Shown here piece after piece: positions 58,113 to 64,000 of a stretch of 64,000 bases of DNA. The stretch is from NCBI GenBank assembly GCA_963675665.1, contig OY776510.1, positions 2,880,001-2,944,000 on the forward strand. Direction: 5' to 3'. The notes beneath the pieces are model-generated. The model did no database searches, was not told the origin of the DNA, and saw only the letters and a program-made list of their open reading frames with translations. The translations under genes and the position numbers were made by a program. Origin of the DNA: Spirochaetia bacterium (GTDB lineage: Bacteria > Spirochaetota > Spirochaetia > UBA9216). Position 1 is the first letter of the stretch, and each line of letters opens with the position of its first letter.

Positions 58113-58979
58113 ATGAACTATTTTCATATAGATGTATTTTCATCAAAACCATTGTCCGGAAACGGATTGACGGTTGTTTTTCCTGATAAAGAACTGGAAA
58201 GTGCGCATATGCAGGAAATAACCCGTGAGTTTAATCAGTTTGAAACTATATTTCTTTATCCCTTGAATGATAACAATTATAGAGCCAGAATATTTACTGT
58301 AGATGAAGAACTGAATTTTGCCGGACATCCTGTACTGGGAGCATCGGCAGCAATATTTAATATAAACGGTAAAAAGGATAAAGAACAGAATATAAATATT
58401 GTTGTGAATAATCGAACAATAGAAACAAAAGTAAAAATGGAAGGAAAAAATATTTTTGTTGAAATGAATCAGGGCAAACCTGAATTTATTTCAACCCTGA
58501 AAGCCGGGAATATTAAAGAGATAATATCAGCATTGAACCTGGATATCTTCGACATACATACGGAATATCCCGTAGAAGTTGTATCTACCGGGTTGCCGTA
58601 CCTGCTATTGCCTTTAAAAGATTTCAATATACTGGGGAAGGCTGAAATAATATCAGGTGATTTTGAAAAATTACTTGAAAAAACCGGAGCAAAATTTATT
58701 TATGTTTTTGAACCAGCTGAAATTGAGTGCAGAACCTGGGATAATACGGGGAGAGTAGAGGATGTTGCTACCGGAAGCGCAGCCGGACCGCTTGGCGCCT
58801 ACCTTGTAAAAAACGGGTTTAAATCTGTCAATGAAGAAATCGTAATAAGTCAGGGCCGCTTTGTTCACCGGCAAAGTCAAATATATTGCAGTGTAGACGG
58901 AGAAACAAACGAAGTGAGCATTAAAGGGCCGGTTGCTTTTTTTGCGCATGGTGCTGTTCTGCATGACTTTTTACCCTGA
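58113..58979 (+). CDS. PhzF family isomerase
   Basis: 'DVF......GN', 'RIFT..EELNFAGHP', 'STG', 'EDVATGSA'. Confidence 0.9.
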   Translation: MNYFHIDVFSSKPLSGNGLTVVFPDKELESAHMQEITREFNQFETIFLYPLNDNNYRARIFTVDEELNFAGHPVLGASAAIFNINGKKDKEQNINIVVNNRTIETKVKMEGKNIFVEMNQGKPEFISTLKAGNIKEIISALNLDIFDIHTEYPVEVVSTGLPYLLLPLKDFNILGKAEIISGDFEKLLEKTGAKFIYVFEPAEIECRTWDNTGRVEDVATGSAAGPLGAYLVKNGFKSVNEEIVISQGRFVHRQSQIYCSVDGETNEVSIKGPVAFFAHGAVLHDFLP

Positions 58980-59045
58980 ACTGTTTTGATAATTTGACAA
59001 TGACGGTATATAAAACTAAGATTGAATAAAGGCGGATAGCAGTTA

Positions 59046-60449
59046 ATGGTTGGCGAATTGGCGTTATTCTTTGCGTTATTCAATAACATTGCCATTTTCA
59101 TTGCATTGATATCATTATACAGTTATCTTTACAATCTTTCCTCGCCTCTTAACGGGATTATACGACAGTTTTTATCGGGCTCATCTCGGCGGAAGCGGTG
59201 TTCTTGCAGGGGTGTTCGGGGTAATACTGGCGGCATCGGCCGGAACTCTTCTTTACTTCTGGAAAGACAGCTTTTCTTCAATTACTAAAGCTGCTTTTCG
59301 TTCGTTTATTTCCGTAATCATTATTCTTCCCGGATTTCTGCTTGTCGGAGATCTTCAGACAGGCCGGAATCTGATGATCGATATGAGCCTTCCGTTCGGC
59401 ACGGCGATTTTTACCGGTATTTTTCTCGGAGGCTTGCTTCTTAAACGGGAAGAAGCCCGTGTTCAAGTTGAAAAATCTTTGGCCGTAAGTGAAGAAAAAT
59501 ATCATGTACTTTTCGAATCGTTGCCGCTCGGAATCATTATTACCGATAAGAAAGGACATGTTATGCAGACTAATGCCCTGGCGGCTGATCTACCGGCGAT
59601 TGATCCTTATTCCCGGGAAACGATAGATTCGGGTATCAGGATTGTTAATTCGGAAAGGGAGGTTATATTGCCTTCCGAATACCCGGAAGTACTGGCCCTG
59701 AACGAAAACAGAAAGATTTCCAACCAGGAAATGGGTATAGTTTACCCGGATGGAAAGGAGTCGTGGTATAACGTTACGGTTGCGCCCATCCCCCTTAAAG
59801 ATTACGGAATTGGAATAGTTTATAATGATATCACCGAACCAAAAATAACATGCAGATGATTATAGCCCTGATGGAGACCCAGGTAAGTTATATTAATGAT
59901 GAAAGACTCCGTACCGCTATAGAAGATACACAGAACAGGATTTATTCAATGTCGCTGGTTCATGAAAAAATGTACCAATCGGGGGACCTTTCTCATATAA
60001 ATTTGGCCGAATACGCTCAGGAGCTTGTGTTATGGTTATTAGACAGTTTTGAGTTAGACAGCAGACAGATAGGTATTCAATACGATATTAAAGATGTTAA
60101 TATATCAATTGAAACAGCGATTCCCTGCGGTCTGATTTTGCAGGAATTAATTACAAATGTTTTCAAACATGCTTTCCCGTCGGGAGAACGAGGTAATATG
60201 ATCATAAAAATCGAAAGAGCAGAGGATGACAGTATTAATCTGGTTGTAGATGATGATGGAGCGGGCGTTCCGCCTTCAATGAATATAAGAGAAGATGGAA
60301 AGCTGGGCATATCGACAATTATTGCCCTGGCGGAAATGCAATTAAGAGGCAAAATGCAATTCGATACTGCAAAGGGGCTTAAAGTCTCGATTAATTTCAG
60401 GGATGATTTTCAGGTTTCAGGAAAAGTTGAACAGGTCGCGGAGAAATAA
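59046..60449 (+). pseudogene. Decayed sensor histidine kinase (LytS-type 5TM, PAS, HisKA_2, HATPase) in three frames
   Basis: Frame breaks near 59180 and 59843; 'DITE' joined out of frame to 'KNNMQMI', so the H-box 'HRV' is missing. Confidence 0.8.
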
Positions 60450-60461
60450 TCTTTAGTAATC

Positions 60462-61241
60462 ATGAATATAATCTATAAAGATCATTATCAGCTTCTCGGT
60501 ATAAACAGGTTGTCGACCCGCTCACAGATTAAAAATGCTTTTCGCCGGCTGTCGATGGTTCATCATCCCGATAAAAATAAAAACTCAGAAAAATCAAACC
60601 GGATATACAAACTGATTTTGAATGCTTATAAAATATTGTCGGATAACGAAACAAAAAAGGAATACGATGATTTTCTGAGAAAAAGCAGATTTATTAAAAA
60701 TACAGGAAAAACCGGCAACCTAAAGCTGGAAAACAGGTCTTTCTTCAACAATAAAGATATTTTGCAACAGATTAATTTAACTTTATGGGAGTTAGATGAT
60801 TTTATTTCAAAAACCCATGTTAATAATTTCCGGCGCTATATTTTGATAATCCTTACTTTTTTGGATAAATGGATTCTTGAGCCTGGCGGATTTCCTGATT
60901 ATTTTATGGAAGCGAGAAAACTGGAACGAATCGATCCCAGGGAATATATTAAAATTCTGGATGCGGATATTCCTTTTAAAAATTATATGCCGTACCTCAG
61001 TGTTAATGACTATTATGTTGATATTAGAAAAAGAACCGACAAATTTATTACAAAATATGAAAACAGGACCGAATGGAAAGAACCCGGGGACTCCGAGGTA
61101 AATCTTCTGGATGGAATAATAGAATACAACAATATGGCAATACATTACCTGAGTTATATGTTAAATATAAAACCCGGCAAAGAAGGCAGAATCCCGCCAT
61201 TTGAATTTTCAGGCGAGGTATACAATTTTGATTATAAATGA
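60462..61241 (+). CDS. J-domain protein
   Basis: 'DHYQLLGI...IKNAFRRL...HHPDKN...AY.ILSD...KEYD'. Confidence 0.88.
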   Translation: MNIIYKDHYQLLGINRLSTRSQIKNAFRRLSMVHHPDKNKNSEKSNRIYKLILNAYKILSDNETKKEYDDFLRKSRFIKNTGKTGNLKLENRSFFNNKDILQQINLTLWELDDFISKTHVNNFRRYILIILTFLDKWILEPGGFPDYFMEARKLERIDPREYIKILDADIPFKNYMPYLSVNDYYVDIRKRTDKFITKYENRTEWKEPGDSEVNLLDGIIEYNNMAIHYLSYMLNIKPGKEGRIPPFEFSGEVYNFDYK

Positions 61242-61254
61242 GGCAATTTGCAGA

Positions 61255-63018
61255 TTAGTTTTTCTCCTCACATTTTTCAAGTTCACTGTAAATTTCAAGG
61301 TTTAGTTGTCTTATCAGTTGTTCGTCCATTTTAAGAACATTGCGATCATAGGTATAAAAACCGTTTGTTTCAATTTCTACATCGCTAAGCTGGGTATAGA
61401 CTGCTGCCGAAAGGCCTTTGCTTATCAGGGGAATTAACTGTTTTTGTATAAGTTTTTTATACGCTTTTTCAAGGGCTTCTTTATTTTTGAATGAACGGTA
61501 CCCGAATTTCTTTTTCTCGTTCCATAAATGCCCTTTCACAGAAAGATTATATCCTCCGTATTCCGATATAAAATAGGCTCGGCTTTCAGAAGCATGCGGT
61601 TTTTTTAATCTGATAGAATAGATGTGTCTGCTGCAGAAGTCTCCGCCGCCCTGATCAAACCAGCCTGAAGCATTATCTATTGTCCTTGAATTGTCCGCTC
61701 GTCTTATTAATTGTTCAATTCGGTTTGAGTCAAACTGTCCCCAGCTTTCATTGAATGGTATCCACATGATGATGGACGGATGATTATAAAGATGAGTTAT
61801 CATTTCTTCCAGTTCCGATTCAAAGCTCTTGCGGTTTTGTGCTTCCACTCTTCCTGCTTTACGATATGATCTTTTCCCGGTGTCGCTTAAATGCTTGTTG
61901 CAAACCATTGTCGCCACAGTTCCCGGAAGTCCGACCATATTTTTCCCTCCGGAGACAGCATCCTGCATTACAAGTATTCCCAGACGATCGGCATGAAAAT
62001 ACCAGCGCCTGGGTTCAATTTTGATATGTTTGCGCAGAGAGTTGAAGCCGAGTTTTTTCATTTGCATGATATCAAATATCATTGCCTCGTCTGAAGGCGG
62101 GGTCATTCCCGTTTCAGGCCAGTATCCCTGGTCGAGAGCGGCGTGAAGGAAAATGGGTTTATCATTTAAAAAAAAACGCTTTTTACCGGAAGCTCCGTCA
62201 GATACATTTATTTTTCTGAGGGCAAAATAACTTTCAATGCTGTCGCCGTCAGGTTCTGAAAGCCGAATATTGAGATCGTAAAGAACCGGTGAATCAGGCT
62301 CCCAGAGGCATACTTTACTTAACTGCAGCTTTGAAGGAATATCAGATTCCAGGAGCTCATTAATTATAAGCTTTCTGTTGAGGCTGATTTCTGCTACGGC
62401 TTTGGCAGGAACGGCTGTATTAAGTACAAGTTCAATACTGCCGCTGTCGATGTCCGGGGTAATCCTGCAGGAAATAATATGATTGCTTTCAGGTACGGCT
62501 TCAAGCCAGACTGTCTGCCATATTCCGCTGGTGGCTGTATAATAGATCTTCTGTGGATTAAGCACCTGTTTGCCACGCTGCTGAAAACCTGAATCAGTAG
62601 GGTCTTCAACTTCCACAACTATTTCATTCAGTCCAGGTTTGGCATATTCAGTAATATCAATGTTGAAGGGTAAATAGCCGCCTTCATGTGAACCTGCATC
62701 GGTACCGTTTATGAAAGCCCTGCATTTCCAGTCGACAGCCTCGAAATTCAACAGAAGCCTTTTTTTGATCCAGTTGTCCGGAATTGAAAAAACTTTCCGG
62801 TACCTGATTTTTTCATCCGGTTTCAAGCCTTTGTTTACACCCGAAGCCCTGGTTTCAACAGCAAACGGCACAATTATTGTTTCGTAATCAACTGAAAATT
62901 CCCCGTTTTTACTGATAATGCTGTATTCCCATTCTCCGTTAAGGCAAAGCCAGTTTTCCCTGACCAATTGCGGCCGGGGATATTCAGGTAACGGTATAGC
63001 GGTTATATGCTTGTTCAT
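61255..63018 (-). CDS. Glycoside hydrolase family 2
   Basis: 'EYPRPQ', 'FEAVDW', 'SGIWQTVW', 'DQGYWP', 'FNESWG', 'SEYGG', 'YTQLSDVE'. Confidence 0.92.
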   Translation of the reverse strand: MNKHITAIPLPEYPRPQLVRENWLCLNGEWEYSIISKNGEFSVDYETIIVPFAVETRASGVNKGLKPDEKIRYRKVFSIPDNWIKKRLLLNFEAVDWKCRAFINGTDAGSHEGGYLPFNIDITEYAKPGLNEIVVEVEDPTDSGFQQRGKQVLNPQKIYYTATSGIWQTVWLEAVPESNHIISCRITPDIDSGSIELVLNTAVPAKAVAEISLNRKLIINELLESDIPSKLQLSKVCLWEPDSPVLYDLNIRLSEPDGDSIESYFALRKINVSDGASGKKRFFLNDKPIFLHAALDQGYWPETGMTPPSDEAMIFDIMQMKKLGFNSLRKHIKIEPRRWYFHADRLGILVMQDAVSGGKNMVGLPGTVATMVCNKHLSDTGKRSYRKAGRVEAQNRKSFESELEEMITHLYNHPSIIMWIPFNESWGQFDSNRIEQLIRRADNSRTIDNASGWFDQGGGDFCSRHIYSIRLKKPHASESRAYFISEYGGYNLSVKGHLWNEKKKFGYRSFKNKEALEKAYKKLIQKQLIPLISKGLSAAVYTQLSDVEIETNGFYTYDRNVLKMDEQLIRQLNLEIYSELEKCEEKN

Positions 63019-63048
63019 TTTGCTTTCCCTGTTTATTGCATTTATGAA

Positions 63049-63999
63049 TTATTCTGCCAAAATCAAATTGGCTTTCTTCAGAAACTGTTCTGCACCTTCA
63101 AGCGCAGTAATATCTTCGTCAATAATATTTACCGATATTTCAAGAAGAAGTTTCTTTACCAAATCACTTTTTGGAGGATCAGGAGGGTAAATATCGCTGG
63201 AATTCCCGTCTGCAACAAGTGAAATATAATCAAAAACAGGTTTAAGGCAGGATGATACATTTTCCCTGACGATAAATTTTATTTCCGTGTTAACCGGTAC
63301 TCCCCGCTCGCCCAGAAGTATATTATTAGCATCAGGATTGTTTATAAAGAAATTAATGAACTCGGCGCTTTCATTCTGATTATCGGAATTTGACGTTATA
63401 GAAAAGAATTGCGACGGTTTTAAATATGTTCCGGCTTGTCTGGGATTCTGAATTCTTGGAAGTAAAAAGAGTTCTACAGGATGATCCAATAAAGTACAGA
63501 AGGCCGGGTATGAATTGCTCCAGATATAAAAAATCCAGCTTCGACCCTGAAGAAATTCTTCTATTCCATTTTGGTTTTCTTGAATGTATTTCTTATAAAC
63601 ATCGGAAAGGACCCCGGCTTTTTTCAGTCTCAATTGAAGTTCAAAGTAGTATACGAGAATATCAGTCTGATTAAAACCCAGAGATTTTCCGTCTTTACTG
63701 TAAAGTGAATAACCGTTCTGCTTGAGTATATTAAGAAACGTCATATCTGAGACTCCGGAGAAGAACGGAAGAGTTTTTACTCCGGTTGTTTCAAATATCA
63801 CGATGGAATAATCAGTCAGCTCGTCCCAAGTCCAGTTTATATCCGGTTTCTCAATTCCTGCTTTTTCAAGTATTGCCGGATCGTAAATGACGGAAGGAGC
63901 ATTTGTGCCCAGATTTATTCCATAAATTTTATTATCAATACGCCCTGAATCCAGAAAAGCAGAGGGGATATTGGAAACGTCTATTATACCGTTTTCTAT
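63049..63999 (-). CDS. Sugar ABC transporter substrate-binding protein (partial, continues beyond window)
   Basis: Open frame to the window edge: 'GRIDNKIYGINLG..A...Y', 'WTWDEL', 'YLKPSQFFSI', 'ERGVP'. Confidence 0.82.
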   Translation of the reverse strand: MENGIIDVSNIPSAFLDSGRIDNKIYGINLGTNAPSVIYDPAILEKAGIEKPDINWTWDELTDYSIVIFETTGVKTLPFFSGVSDMTFLNILKQNGYSLYSKDGKSLGFNQTDILVYYFELQLRLKKAGVLSDVYKKYIQENQNGIEEFLQGRSWIFYIWSNSYPAFCTLLDHPVELFLLPRIQNPRQAGTYLKPSQFFSITSNSDNQNESAEFINFFINNPDANNILLGERGVPVNTEIKFIVRENVSSCLKPVFDYISLVADGNSSDIYPPDPPKSDLVKKLLLEISVNIIDEDITALEGAEQFLKKANLILAE

Positions 64000-64000
64000 A

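Noticed and set aside
63801-64000. Possible frameshift or truncation of the sugar-binding protein
   Set aside because: Manual translation shows the same frame open to the window edge, so the gene is simply partial.

Overview
This 64-kb window is bacterial chromosome, most likely from a free-living spirochaete (inferred from the gene orders yicC-cmk-rpoZ-miaA, folP-dacA-cdaR-acpS-DUF2225-truA-udg-priA and def-fmt-PASTA). Positions 1-46.3 kb are mostly core and housekeeping genes, plus a six-gene ABC/LolA-like/beta-barrel/lipoprotein envelope operon. After tRNA-Gly(CCC) at 46.2 kb an accessory-looking region begins, with an MCP, a metal-oxyanion uptake locus, hydrolases, two J-domain proteins, a MITE, a decayed sensor kinase and a GH2/sugar-binding pair. 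Four observations stand out. (1) Four related multi-hairpin intergenic elements (1094, 3472, 4869, 24322) are each bounded by a direct repeat of the Shine-Dalgarno core GGAG, as if inserted into ribosome-binding sites. (2) A P3-less (tungsten-type) Moco riboswitch precedes a signal-peptide-less Crp-like/WtpA-like fusion and a type II ABC importer. (3) About a dozen genes appear leaderless. (4) An unannotated 46-aa basic protein gene sits behind a palindromic operator. No CRISPR array, rRNA, integrase or intact transposase was seen. All family assignments come from motif recognition by eye, without database searches.
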